Source: Amoeboradix gromovi X-113 (lineage: Eukaryota > Fungi > Sanchytriomycota). Taken from it: 32,000 nt of DNA. The stretch's first letter is position 1, and each line of letters starts with the position of its first letter. Positions 1-10,019 of the stretch are shown here, piece by piece. The DNA lies in the NCBI GenBank assembly GCA_018985225.1, contig JADGIF010000015.1, positions 1 through 32,000 on the forward strand, in the 5' to 3' direction. The position numbers and the translations under genes were made by a program. Below the pieces are notes generated by a model. That model was not told the DNA's origin. It saw only the letters and a program-made list of their open reading frames with translations, and did not search any database.

Positions 1-2
1 AA

Positions 3-479
3 CCGGCAGATGCAGCTAAAAAACTTGAAGCATCGCTAAAGCAGTCCGTTGATGTCATTAGTCGCATCAAGTCATGGATTTCCAAGAGATTTGACAAAAA
101 AGTTCATAGATGCTTCTACTTGGCTGTGGCCAACTATTGCAATGAGCCTGTGATACCTGCAGAGTTCCAAACTCTAATTGATGCAGGTCTTGAATATCAT
201 TTTGTTGAAGGTCCAACGTGTAGACAATTCATGACAAGCACCATCTGTGAGCGAAACTGCATTTGGACCAGAGGTGATAAAATGCTGATAAATACTGCAT
301 TATATGATGCTATAAAGATGCTGCCTGATGTTGGTGAGGCGTTGGCAAAGCGAATAAAAGAAGAGTTGGATATTTCCACATTTGGTTCGTGTTCTGATTT
401 AATCTCGAGAGTTGAAAAGCGTGGCAGGAAATTGGGTAAATCTCCGAGGAACTCGCTTCGTAATTTTCTTGTCTTTTGA
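3..479 (+). CDS. 5'-truncated ORF with a C-terminal helix-hairpin-helix (ComEA/HhH_3-like) motif
   Basis: Frame is open from position 3 (PADAAKKLEASLKQ...) to TGA at 479. INTALYDAIKMLPDVGEALAKRIKEE...FGSCSDLISRV resembles an HhH DNA-binding module. AATAAA near 516. Confidence 0.55.
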   Translation, partial: PADAAKKLEASLKQSVDVISRIKSWISKRFDKKVHRCFYLAVANYCNEPVIPAEFQTLIDAGLEYHFVEGPTCRQFMTSTICERNCIWTRGDKMLINTALYDAIKMLPDVGEALAKRIKEELDISTFGSCSDLISRVEKRGRKLGKSPRNSLRNFLVF

Positions 480-1030
480 CAGAAGAGTTTATAACTATTA
501 GCGGATTTCCCATAAAATAAACCCAACATTTGAATCAACGAGTTTCATTTTAAGACTGTTCTTGATATTTCATCAGAGCACAAAATTTAACATTTAGACT
601 CTGGCCACGTCAAAAGTTGTGCTGTTCTTCAATAACTAATTGAGCTAAATCGTGTCTTACTTGCAAACTCGTCCTATCGGTTTGGACAAGATTGTAAAGC
701 ATATTTAATTTCGTTAATGTTAGAATGGGGTTTATGAGGAATCCATAGCACTCGATAAGAGTAATGCTTAGCAATCAAGATGTGCATCTCACACTACTGC
801 AACAATCTAATGTGGGCGCTTTGGTATTGCTAAATGCAGCTAAATATGCTCATTGTGAGTGTGTTTCCATTATAACACAACACTACGGTTGTGATGGGGT
901 GGTAAAAGCAGCATTTGCCACAGGAGATGTATGCTTCTTTTGATTGCAATTCTATTTGCTGGACAAGCATTTTGAACCGGAAGTGCAAGAGGGCAAGGTT
1001 ATATGACGCTTGACGAAGCTTAAAACCGCG

Positions 1031-1325
1031 CAGTCTTGAAATTTCAATAATAAATGATTTATCGTGAATATATGAACAATAACAACCAATCTTCACGCTC
1101 TCTAAATTTTTGGATCGACATAATATACGCTATTCTTCCTTTTCATCAATGAGGAATGGGCCATGTCCCATTACGCCTTCAAGGAACGCTTGATGTTCAA
1201 GTGCAAAGAGCGAGGAAAGACAATGGTGGAATGTAATGAAGCATATAATGAAGCATTTACTAGTCAAACATGTCCAAGGTGTGGCACTCTAAATAAAACC
1301 AATTTAGAAACCTACAAATTTACAT
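1031..1325 (+). mobile_element. Family A (IS607-like/Fanzor2) remnant A1a: left end plus Fanzor2 C-terminal fragment, right end missing
   Basis: CAG...aataaatgatttatcgtgaat matches the family A left end. 1163-1320 encodes MSHYAFKERLMFKCKERGKTMVECNEA(YNEA)FTSQTCPRCGTLNKTNLETYK, homologous to 20158-20300. Confidence 0.85.
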
Positions 1326-1329
1326 GGAT

Positions 1330-1687
1330 GATAAGTATCAAGATATCGCGTTGTTGCACACGCGGTAACAACAATCACAAGAATTATTAAATAAATGGTT
1401 TACAGGTTTATTTTATCGTTGATCTATTTGAGGACGGGTTGAAAGATATCTAATTGTTGCATGCTTTGGCCACTTCCTCAACGTTGATGATGTATGCTGT
1501 ACCTGTTAGTTATTTCTTTAGATTTGACATATTCAGGATGACTTCCATTGATTCCATTTACTATTTGTGAAAAGGAAGAATATCGGGTATTTAGGGTATT
1601 TGAAAAATCTAGAAAAATTCATGTAATAATATAAAAATGCATAAAAATTCTCGATAGATAATTTTATTCTACAAAATCTAAAAGCTG
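1330..1687 (-). mobile_element. Family A remnant A1b: left end plus TnpA N-terminal HTH fragment, inverted relative to A1a
   Basis: Reverse complement (CAGcttttagattttgtagaataaaattatctatcgag...cctgaatatgtcaaatctaaagaaataactaacaggtacagc...acgttgaggaagtggcc) aligns with 6484-6720 and 13150-13460. Confidence 0.85.
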
Positions 1688-1955
1688 CAAAGCGCAGTTC
1701 GGAAAAGCACGACATGATTGCAAGGATTCAGGAAAGGAAAAATTTATCTGTCGTATATAATATAAGAAATGTTTGCTAATAACTTGCTATTAGAATGGCT
1801 GATGCCGTGATCGCCAACGAGAAACTTTTGTGCAGTAGTTAGAAAGACAATGCCAAATGATAAGTGCATGAAGCATGAAATTTTATTTAGCAGAAACGCT
1901 AAGAGTCCACCTAGTCTATTTGGATAATTAAGTGCCGAGGCTTTCCGCATCAGTT

Positions 1956-2342
1956 GGGACACCAGATATAAAAACTAGACTAACTCGTTTTTAAAGGTGC
2001 ACCATACGGAGTAAATGCTATCATTAACAAAAGATCTTCTGTTATACCAAGATTCTCTCATTAATTGTATTCCTCTTTTTAAAATAAAACTAGAAGACCC
2101 TGCATCTCGTTCAAATATATGAGGTCTTTGAGCATCTAAGCAAAAGGTGCATTTTCATAGACGGTACTCTTTTCTAGAGTCATTTTGTAATGTTACAAAA
2201 AGTTATTTACTTTCCTTTTATACTCGTCAACTCCGCAACTAGCTGAATGTCCACTCGCCTCTTAAATCCATAAATTAATAAAGCTGAAATAATGTTCCAA
2301 GTTGTTACAGAAAGTTAGTCCAGTTTTTATGTTTGATGTCCC
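1956..2342 (-). mobile_element. Family B TIR element (non-autonomous, Fanzor1 C-terminal remnant) B1
   Basis: ~30-bp imperfect TIRs: gggacaccagatataaaaactagactaact / agttagtccagtttttatgtttgatgtccc. Flanks agtt/aatt. The minus strand carries a KCTFCLDAQRPHIFERDAGSS segment shared with B2 and B3. Confidence 0.9.
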
Positions 2343-2355
2343 AATTGTTCTCCGA

Positions 2356-3849
2356 ATGAAACAGTTACCTGTAGATGTAATGGCTAGAATCACTGGCTTT
2401 TTGGAGTTAAGAGATGTTAACAGCTTGATGCAAACCTGTTCTGATATGTACCTCAAGCTAAATAGTGATGAATATTGGAAAATTTTATTTTTTGGCAAAT
2501 TTTCTGGAGCTTATTATCAAATTGAAAATCACAAACTGGAGTACAAAAAGAGACAACTAAAAGTGTTTCTAGAATCCACGAGATTCTGCCGTCTTCCTTT
2601 GCAAGACCATGATCTCATAGACGTTGTCAGATGTGGTGAATCTTTTATTGTTTTACTTCGCGATGACTTAAGAATTAAACTTTACAAATTGGCTAGATTC
2701 AAGTACAGCAAGGACCCTTTTATTCAATATGATCTACCCTTGATTTCATCGTCAATCCAGTCTCATCGGCATGTGTTGGTCAACGATTCAGTTCATTATT
2801 ATAAGAAGCACTCCAAGATAATAGAATTCGATTCTGATAATGAGATATACCAAGTTGAATTTATTGATGATCAGTCAGAGGGACTTCTCTTTAGATTAAA
2901 ATCATCTGTCTTGCTATATTATAAAGGACACTGTATTGCTAAATTTAAATCAAGTAATGAAATTCTTTTTATTTTAAACAGCAGGTTAGAACTCTTCGTA
3001 TTTACCGGCAATGCTCTACATATATACAAACTGGACTTTAAGAAACTAATTCACGAATTTTGCAAAGTATACACAAGCAGCATTAGTCTCGATATAGGAT
3101 TTAATATTGAATCAGTAGAATTCAACAAAAATTACTATCCGTATTGCATAATAAATAAAGGTCAAGAGAAACACGTATATAACCTAATAACCAAAAAGTT
3201 TATAACTTCTGTCCATGGTGCAACCTGCTTTAGTATACTAAATAACTATATGCCTGCTTGTTGCTTCGCAAGTAATCGCTCCATTTTATTATACAACTTG
3301 ATGTCTGGTAAGCTTTTGAATAAAACTCAAACAAAATTTGACATAAAATGCATGCAGTTAACAAGCTATTTTCTATTGCTTGCAACGGAGTCCCATTTTC
3401 ATGTTCTAGATTCTTCTAATTTAAATTTGAAATTCAAAATAAATATTTATGCTAGAGGAAATAATCTAAATGATTTTTTGCCTAGTCCTTCTGTGCATCC
3501 GAGATATATATTATCTGATTTGGATGATCGAAAGCTTTCGGTCTGTATATTTTTTACAAACGCAACGGTGCGGTTTTATGAATTCGGCTGTTTTTTGCAA
3601 AAAAAGTCAAAATTAAACAAATCGGTACGGGATACAAGAAGTAGAGAGCTGCTTGAATCTGCAGGTGTATCACATAGGCACTCAAGAGAAACTGTACAGC
3701 AATTGACTCATGAACTATGGACGATGCAATATGACTTTCAAATTGCCAGGCAGTCTGAGGAAAGAATATTAACTTACAATGGAGAATCCGGGCTAACTGA
3801 AGAAGAAATGATTGAGCTAGCAATAAATTTAAGTGTAGAAGAGACATGA
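2356..3849 (+). CDS. F-box protein with beta-propeller-like middle and C-terminal UIM (Ufo1/Pof10-like architecture)
   Basis: N-terminal F-box MKQLPVDVMARITGFLELRDVNSLMQTC...YWK and C-terminal UIM LTEEEMIELAINLSVEE. The ORF-track start (2302) lies inside the B1 element, so ATG 2356 is used. Confidence 0.75.
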   Translation: MKQLPVDVMARITGFLELRDVNSLMQTCSDMYLKLNSDEYWKILFFGKFSGAYYQIENHKLEYKKRQLKVFLESTRFCRLPLQDHDLIDVVRCGESFIVLLRDDLRIKLYKLARFKYSKDPFIQYDLPLISSSIQSHRHVLVNDSVHYYKKHSKIIEFDSDNEIYQVEFIDDQSEGLLFRLKSSVLLYYKGHCIAKFKSSNEILFILNSRLELFVFTGNALHIYKLDFKKLIHEFCKVYTSSISLDIGFNIESVEFNKNYYPYCIINKGQEKHVYNLITKKFITSVHGATCFSILNNYMPACCFASNRSILLYNLMSGKLLNKTQTKFDIKCMQLTSYFLLLATESHFHVLDSSNLNLKFKINIYARGNNLNDFLPSPSVHPRYILSDLDDRKLSVCIFFTNATVRFYEFGCFLQKKSKLNKSVRDTRSRELLESAGVSHRHSRETVQQLTHELWTMQYDFQIARQSEERILTYNGESGLTEEEMIELAINLSVEET

Positions 3850-3882
3850 TGAAATAAATGGTTTATTTTCTACTGTTTGAGC

Positions 3883-4611
3883 TTATTGCACTGTAGTTAT
3901 AGACACTAGATCATGAGTACGGTTTAAATCTCTGATTATGTATCTATAAAAATCCACAATCAACAAAATTCTAACTTTTAGCAAAATGTATCGAAAGTAA
4001 AAACCTGCGATAGGTATTATATAATTGAGAACAATGATGGTAGCCTCACCTAGTATTATGATAGCAAATGAAGAGATTGACTGTATTAGTAACGTTTTAA
4101 TTAAATTGGATCTCAGCTCCATCATTAATTTAATCTTTAGAACTAATACTGCGAACAAATAAATTTCAACTGCCAAGGAAACAATTCTACAAATCGAAGA
4201 TACGACTAAGACGTAAATAAAGTACCGGTTCAATACACCGTATATGAACATAACATAAACTGATAAAGGAAAGCTCAAAATAAAAACAATTAAAAATGGA
4301 ATAACCTTAATTCCGCCCTCAAATTTAACTCTAATGTTTCGACCCAGCGAGCTAATTCTTCTGATATAAAGTAAATAAACAAACAAATGAGCTATCTCTG
4401 CAAATATTACAGCTGGAATACTGGCTATTTGCCAATAAATGCTCAAAGATATTGAAAATATAGCTAATGTTGAAGAAATTAGCCCAGCAAATGATATCCA
4501 GAATATTTCTGCTCTTTTTCGTAATACAATGTGTAAAAGATACACGCTGAGTATGGATATAACTACGCTAGCACTGGAAAACGCGACAACCAAAATCACC
4601 ACATCACCCAT
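3883..4611 (-). CDS. Hypothetical multi-pass (about 7 TM) membrane protein
   Basis: 242-aa ORF with about 7 hydrophobic segments and no recognisable family motif. Confidence 0.65.
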   Translation of the reverse strand: MGDVVILVVAFSSASVVISILSVYLLHIVLRKRAEIFWISFAGLISSTLAIFSISLSIYWQIASIPAVIFAEIAHLFVYLLYIRRISSLGRNIRVKFEGGIKVIPFLIVFILSFPLSVYVMFIYGVLNRYFIYVLVVSSICRIVSLAVEIYLFAVLVLKIKLMMELRSNLIKTLLIQSISSFAIIILGEATIIVLNYIIPIAGFYFRYILLKVRILLIVDFYRYIIRDLNRTHDLVSITTVQ

Positions 4612-4877
4612 GTTGTTATCTCCCTAATCTTAAAAATCTCTAATTCGATAAAGGATAGCACTTCTGACGGAGTTTTGTAGTAGAAGCGTTCGAGGTTACG
4701 AGCTAATCCCATTTCGCAGAACGAACTGTTCTATATGCTGTCATTAAAGTTGGTTAAGGAAGACCTAAAAATTAGAGGTCCAGAGAATATATGCGGTAAA
4801 CACTTAACATCTCGCAGCTATCAATACCTCACAGCTTAATTTGGGTATAATTTTACTCAAACTATAACCCGTGTGTC

Positions 4878-6386
4878 ATGTCAACCTGTCCAAACTGTAA
4901 TTCATCAAATTTGATTTCAGACACCCAACTAGCTCACATAGTATGTGAAGATTGTGGGCAGATTGTGAGTGAAAACGCCATCGTTTCTGAGGTTCAATTT
5001 GTTGAATCCGGTAACAGTGCTAGGGCAGTTGGATCCACAGTCAACGAGTCTAACAGCTCTAACCAGCAGACATCTATAACTCATGCAAGACGAACAATTT
5101 CTCAAATATCATACCCTCTTAATTTACCTGAAAGTATTATCGATACAGCACATCGTTATTACAAGTTGGCACTTATAAATAAGCAAACAATGGGTAGAAA
5201 ACATGTAGATGTCTGTGCTGCTTGTATATATATTGCTTGTAGGCTGAATGAGACACCCATTTTGCTGATAGATCTCTCTGATGTAACAAAGTCTTCTGTG
5301 TTTGTCATGGGTAATATATTTATGCATCTCTTGAAAGCACTTAATCTGAAGGTTCCTATAATGGATCCTGCTCTGTATATATCTCGATTTACAGCAATGC
5401 TGAACTTGGGCGATAAAACTTCCGTTATTGCCAAAGATGCGGTTCGTTTGGTCCAAAGATTTAATCGTGACTGGATCCAAACAGGCAGACGCCCTAATGG
5501 TATCTGTGGTGCGGCTTTACTTATTGCTTCTCGTATGAACGGAGTAGAACTCCCAACACACGATATAGAACGTTTAGTTAAAATATCAGCTCACACCATT
5601 CAAAAGCGATTACAGGAATTCAGTGGGACCGATTCAGCGAAATTTAGTGGCTCGGACTTTCAATCTCAATGGCTAAACAGCAGCAAAGATCCTCCTTCAT
5701 TCAGTCAAAATCGTAAAATTGATAATGAAAAAGAATACAATGTCATGCAGCAATTGCACCAGCAGCGTAAGCTAATGGAGTCTATAGTGAATGATATCGA
5801 TGATGAGGGATTTGCTGAAGAGATACAGATGTCAGTAGAAGATGTTGAAGCAATGAAAGAACATATGGAATCTGCTTTGCCGATTACTGAAACTAATACT
5901 TTAAGTGACTTAGAAGATGACCTGGTAGTAAATGAAATGATTTTATCAAAGGAAGCATCGGAGGTAAAAGCAGCTATATGGCACAAGGAATATGAACATG
6001 ATTTAAAGGAAATGGAGATTCGAAACACTAAACCCAAATCAGCTGTTAAGAAGAGGAAGGCTAAAGAAACTTTTAGCAGCGTAAGTGAAGCTATAAAGAA
6101 AAAGGTGGCACCCAAACTATCCAAGAAGCTAAATTATGATTTGATGCAAGTTTTGGATTTTAATGATGCTAGAGAACAAACTACACTGCCACTGATGGAT
6201 ATGGTAGATGATAACAAAAGCATCATTACTTTAAGCTCTTACAGGACTAACAAGACTGGTTTATCTCAAGCAACTCATTTGACTAGGGCATCATTGTTTT
6301 CTACTAAAACATCACAGTTTAAATTTCAACGTTTGGAAAACACCTTTGGAGGAGAAGACTATAATGCTTATGATGAGTATGACTAA
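4878..6386 (+). CDS. BRF1: TFIIIB subunit Brf1
   Basis: TFIIB Zn ribbon (CPNC...CEDCG..VSENAIVSEVQFVE), two cyclin folds, DPALYISRF, RDWIQTGRRPNGICGAALLIA, DPPSF, and C-terminal LSKKLNYD. Confidence 0.97.
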   Translation: MSTCPNCNSSNLISDTQLAHIVCEDCGQIVSENAIVSEVQFVESGNSARAVGSTVNESNSSNQQTSITHARRTISQISYPLNLPESIIDTAHRYYKLALINKQTMGRKHVDVCAACIYIACRLNETPILLIDLSDVTKSSVFVMGNIFMHLLKALNLKVPIMDPALYISRFTAMLNLGDKTSVIAKDAVRLVQRFNRDWIQTGRRPNGICGAALLIASRMNGVELPTHDIERLVKISAHTIQKRLQEFSGTDSAKFSGSDFQSQWLNSSKDPPSFSQNRKIDNEKEYNVMQQLHQQRKLMESIVNDIDDEGFAEEIQMSVEDVEAMKEHMESALPITETNTLSDLEDDLVVNEMILSKEASEVKAAIWHKEYEHDLKEMEIRNTKPKSAVKKRKAKETFSSVSEAIKKKVAPKLSKKLNYDLMQVLDFNDAREQTTLPLMDMVDDNKSIITLSSYRTNKTGLSQATHLTRASLFSTKTSQFKFQRLENTFGGEDYNAYDEYD

Positions 6387-6483
6387 CTATTCAAGTTAAC
6401 AATATGTGGGATGTCTGTTGGAGGATGGGGCAAGGACTACATGAAAATGCCTGGACTGCTGCCACAAAATAAGTGGATAGCTA

Positions 6484-7075
6484 CAGCTCGATTGTTTTGT
6501 AGAATAAATCACTTATCGCGAATTTGTATGCATTTTTGTATAATTTTAAGATCTTTCCAGATTTTTCTAATAGCATAAGCACTCGATATTCTTCCTCTTC
6601 GCAAATGGAAATGGATGTAATCCCGAATATGTCAAATCTAAAGAAATAGCTAGCAGGTACAGCGTACATTCATCAACACTGAGGAACTGGTCCAACATGG
6701 AGAAATCAGATGTCTTTCAATGCCTAGACAGTGATATTTGCACAATTTATTCAAAGAACGCTTGAAGCTGAAGTGTAAACAAAGAGGAAGGACTAAAATC
6801 ATATGTAATGAAGTATTTACTAGTCAGACATGTACAAGGTGTGGTACTCTATGGAAAACCAAACTTAGAACCCTGAACCTGTACAAAATGTCATTTGAAG
6901 ATAGATAGAGACCATATGGCAGCAAGGAACATATACATCAAGTATCTGTATCCTTATTCTATCTCGCCTCAGGGTAGTGAAAGCGTGAGCAATCACTAAC
7001 GGAGTATCTAGCACTGCTAGTTTCTCTGTGGAATTTCTCGATTTTCTCGGAAATCAGGACTTTTAACGAGAGGAG
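6484..7075 (+). mobile_element. Family A IS607-like/Fanzor2 internally deleted element A2 (both ends present)
   Basis: Left end CAGctcgattgttttgtagaataaatc. TnpA-like HTH PEYVKSKEIASRYSVHSSTLRNWS. Fanzor2 C-terminus FKERLKLKCKQRG...NEVFTSQTCTRCG...IDRDHMAARNI. Structured right end finishing ttttaacgagaggAG. Confidence 0.92.
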
Positions 7076-7152
7076 AGTGACCGACCAATATTTTCAAGCT
7101 ATGATGAGGTGTCAGATGATATAAACGTACAAGGGTTGTTGAGAACAATTTA

Positions 7153-7733
7153 CAATTATCCATTTTAATTGAATAAATTGTTTATGGTGATTATATGAAT
7201 TCTATTGCCCAGATAGACTATCTTTCTAAACTGTTTTGATTACACAAAAAGCGTATTTATTTTCTTACTGACGACATATGCCAACAATACCAGGATATGT
7301 GAAATCTAATGGCATCAAAAAAGAGATTACTAATATGAGTTTCTAAATGATCTGTCTAGTACCCTCGATACCAGTAAATAGATCCCTTTACCATCTAAAA
7401 GTTGTTTGCAAATCGATTTTCCATCCTTACTTGATAGAGATAGTCTTGTTTTGATTCTCGTAGAATACAATTGAGAGGGGCTTTGGACAGCAGACCAGTG
7501 CTTTGTGCAAGGACCTCTTCAGAGCTAGAAATATTAAAGATATTGGAAGTCTTCGTGTATAAGTAGAAAGATACCATATGGTAGCAGGAAACCTAAGCCA
7601 GAGATATAAACGTTTCTATTCCGTCTCATATCGGTTTAGTGGAAGGTTGAGGAATCACTGTAAAAGAGCCATTGGTATTGCCAAGGTTTTCTGTAAATTC
7701 TTGATTTTGTCACAAATCAGGACCTTTAAGAGA
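7153..7733 (+). mobile_element. Family A degenerate element A3
   Basis: Left-end-like ttgaataaattgtttatggtgatt, PGYVKS remnant near 7290, gataccatatggtagcaggaaac (DHMAARN-like), and right-end hairpin cttgattttgtcacaaatcagg. Boundaries approximate. Confidence 0.7.
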
Positions 7734-7787
7734 TTATTAGAACGTAAAAATGAAGTAGAACATTAGTTTGAGTATGATAACTTCCGT

Positions 7788-8822
7788 TTATTCAACCGCA
7801 ATATAGAAACCAACAGGAATATCCTCCAACAGTTGAGTCATGACATCGCGCAATCTAATGGCCACTATTTTGTGGACATAGCTAGTAAAGGAAACTGCCT
7901 GCAATCGCACAATCGAGCATTCACCAGATTGCAATGGTCCAAGCTTTATTCTTAATGATGAGGGGTGCAACTTAATGAAAGGGCCGTGTTTGTTTTGAGT
8001 AGCTAACACATCGATGGGGTTATAAGATATACACTTATTGATATAGTCAATTGATTTGCAATGTTCACCAACATTGCTTAATTCAAATTCAGTGATGAGT
8101 TGTTCAATTTTAAATGCTTGAACAGAATCAGTAAAGTTTATTAGTTTTAGCTCAATATCAAATAGCCTGTTCTTTTCAACAGGGCCTAAAACATTTAAGC
8201 CGACTGTAAGCTTCTTTACCGAAGGTTTTAACAGCTTTAAGTTGGAGTCAAGGTACACTATTTGATTTGAGACCGATCTAGAAGCGACTTCTTTTGTCCA
8301 CAGTTTAATTTTAAACTGTGTACTGTCTAATTTTACCACTAAGCTCATTTCTTTGCTAATGCTTTTGCATGAGAAGATATCGCCTTTGTTGAAAGCTAAC
8401 CCTTGGTCAACCCAGTCGAATGGAAACAGTGATTCAATATATGTCTTTTTCAAGTCACCGTATATCTTGACAAAGGGCAGTACATTGATCTGAACAAAAA
8501 GCTGATCTATTTCATAAATGGAAACACTGAACAATTTTTCTAGTTCCCGAATGTCGTCAGAGGTGTTAACTGCCTTGTGCTTTAGCGTTACCATAATGTT
8601 GAATGATGCATCGTGGGGTATATCAGAGGGCACATCCCATAGAATGCGAATTTTATAATTGTCTTTATCTATAGGCTCTTCTGAGTATTTTAAAGGTATG
8701 TCTAATTTGTGTTGTAAAGTCTCTGCTTCAATGAAATAATCATTAAATGCCTCTGTTTTTAAGAATTTCAACTCTATAGGCTCCCCCATGTAAATGGTAT
8801 CCTTGGACATTGCCGATAACAT
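7788..8822 (-). CDS. TRAPP-II subunit Trs65/TRAPPC13-like protein
   Basis: C-terminal LNVLGPVEKNRLFDIELKLINFT and IKLGPLQSGECSIVRLQAVSFTSYVHKIVAIRLRD resemble the Trs65 Ig-like C-terminal domain. Confidence 0.6.
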   Translation of the reverse strand: MLSAMSKDTIYMGEPIELKFLKTEAFNDYFIEAETLQHKLDIPLKYSEEPIDKDNYKIRILWDVPSDIPHDASFNIMVTLKHKAVNTSDDIRELEKLFSVSIYEIDQLFVQINVLPFVKIYGDLKKTYIESLFPFDWVDQGLAFNKGDIFSCKSISKEMSLVVKLDSTQFKIKLWTKEVASRSVSNQIVYLDSNLKLLKPSVKKLTVGLNVLGPVEKNRLFDIELKLINFTDSVQAFKIEQLITEFELSNVGEHCKSIDYINKCISYNPIDVLATQNKHGPFIKLHPSSLRIKLGPLQSGECSIVRLQAVSFTSYVHKIVAIRLRDVMTQLLEDIPVGFYIAVE

Positions 8823-8905
8823 GTTTTAAAAAAGCCAAAGAGTTTCGTATGCTCACGCATCTCCCAAAAAAGGGTTTCAGGATGCAAGCTCTCTAATAAA
8901 CAATT

Positions 8906-9621
8906 GGGACATCAAATATAAAAACCGGACTAACTTTCTGTAATAACTTGGAACATTATTTCAGCTTTATTAATTTTATGGATTAAAGAGGCGAGTGGAC
9001 ATTCAGCTAGTTGCGGAGTTGACGAGTATAAAAGGAAAATAAACATTCTGTACAGCTATTCTCTTACTCTTTCATCAAATCTTTATTTCAAATAAACCTC
9101 TGATTCATAATACTAATTCATAGTACTAATTCATAATACTAATTCATAATACTAATTCATAATACTAATTCATAGTACTAATTCATAGTACTAATTCATA
9201 GTACTGATTCATAATAGGATATATTTTCATTTAATCTTGCCCATAAATAGAGACCTTTCCTAATAAAGTTATGGGCAAGAGAATGCAAATCAAAGAAGAA
9301 AAAGCCGGACATTGAAGAAGATGTAGTTGTTGGAATAGTTCAGCAAGACAAGAGCCAGGGAGACTGTCCATAGATTACACTTCAAAGAAATGTAGTGTCT
9401 GTGAGAATGAAATAGATAAGAGTACCGTCTAAGAAAATGCACCTTTTGCTTAGATGCTCAAAGACCTCATATATTTGAACGAGATGCAGGGTCTTCTAGT
9501 TTTATTTTGAAGAGGGATTGAAAGTAATGAAAGAAGAAGGGCTTTATTAATAATAGTATTTCCTCCTTGTGGAGCACTTCTTTTAAAGACGACTTAGTCT
9601 AGTTTTTATATTTGGTGTCCC
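8906..9621 (+). mobile_element. Family B TIR element B2 with perfect AATT target-site duplication
   Basis: aatt|gggacatcaaatataaaaaccggactaact ... ttagtctagtttttatatttggtgtccc|aatt. Contains DYTSKKCSVCENEIDKS and EYRLRKCTFCLDAQRPHIFERDAGSS. Confidence 0.92.
9101..9217. repeat. 13-bp minisatellite (TRATTCATARTAC) x9 inside element B2
   Basis: Nine head-to-tail units counted directly, with no spacers. Confidence 0.95.
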
Positions 9622-10019
9622 AATTATTGTATTAGGCGCACATGTCAACCTAATACATGCTCCATATGTACCTCCAATAGAAAGAAGTTATAGCATGAAG
9701 ACACAAAGTACAGGAGCTTGCCCCAAACACATACAACAACAGCTCTCTTACTGCTTAAGTATCGTGTAACATCTTGGTACCCTTTATCCATGAGCATTCT
9801 TGTTTTGCTCTTTTTTGAAGGTTTATCGTAAGTGGTGCAATGGCTTGATGGCTTTTTTGCTTTTCACACGACAGTAAATAGATTAAAATCGAACTATTTA
9901 TTTCAACTGCTTCGGAAAGTTCACTCCGCTTTAGCTGTACAATAAGGTTCATTGTAATATAGTTACAAAGAATGAATTAATCACATGTCTCAGTAGCGTC
10001 TTATTCATGTTATACTAAC

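Noticed and set aside
2302-2355. N-terminal ORF extensions at 2302, 12192, 25187, 25504, 25894 and 30422
   Set aside because: They use non-ATG starts or run through transposon or poly(A)-signal DNA; downstream ATGs match the conserved protein starts.
4620-4870. tRNA/snRNA genes in non-repeat intergenic gaps (also 480-1030, 23640-24010, 28100-28570)
   Set aside because: No cloverleaf, A/B-box or snRNA signature found by eye. An Infernal/tRNAscan run would be needed to exclude them.
6484-7075. IStron (group I intron fused to IS607)
   Set aside because: No recognisable group I core in the AT-rich left ends, and all copies are intergenic.
9101-9217. CRISPR array
   Set aside because: The 13-bp units are contiguous with no spacers, there are no cas genes, and the context is eukaryotic.
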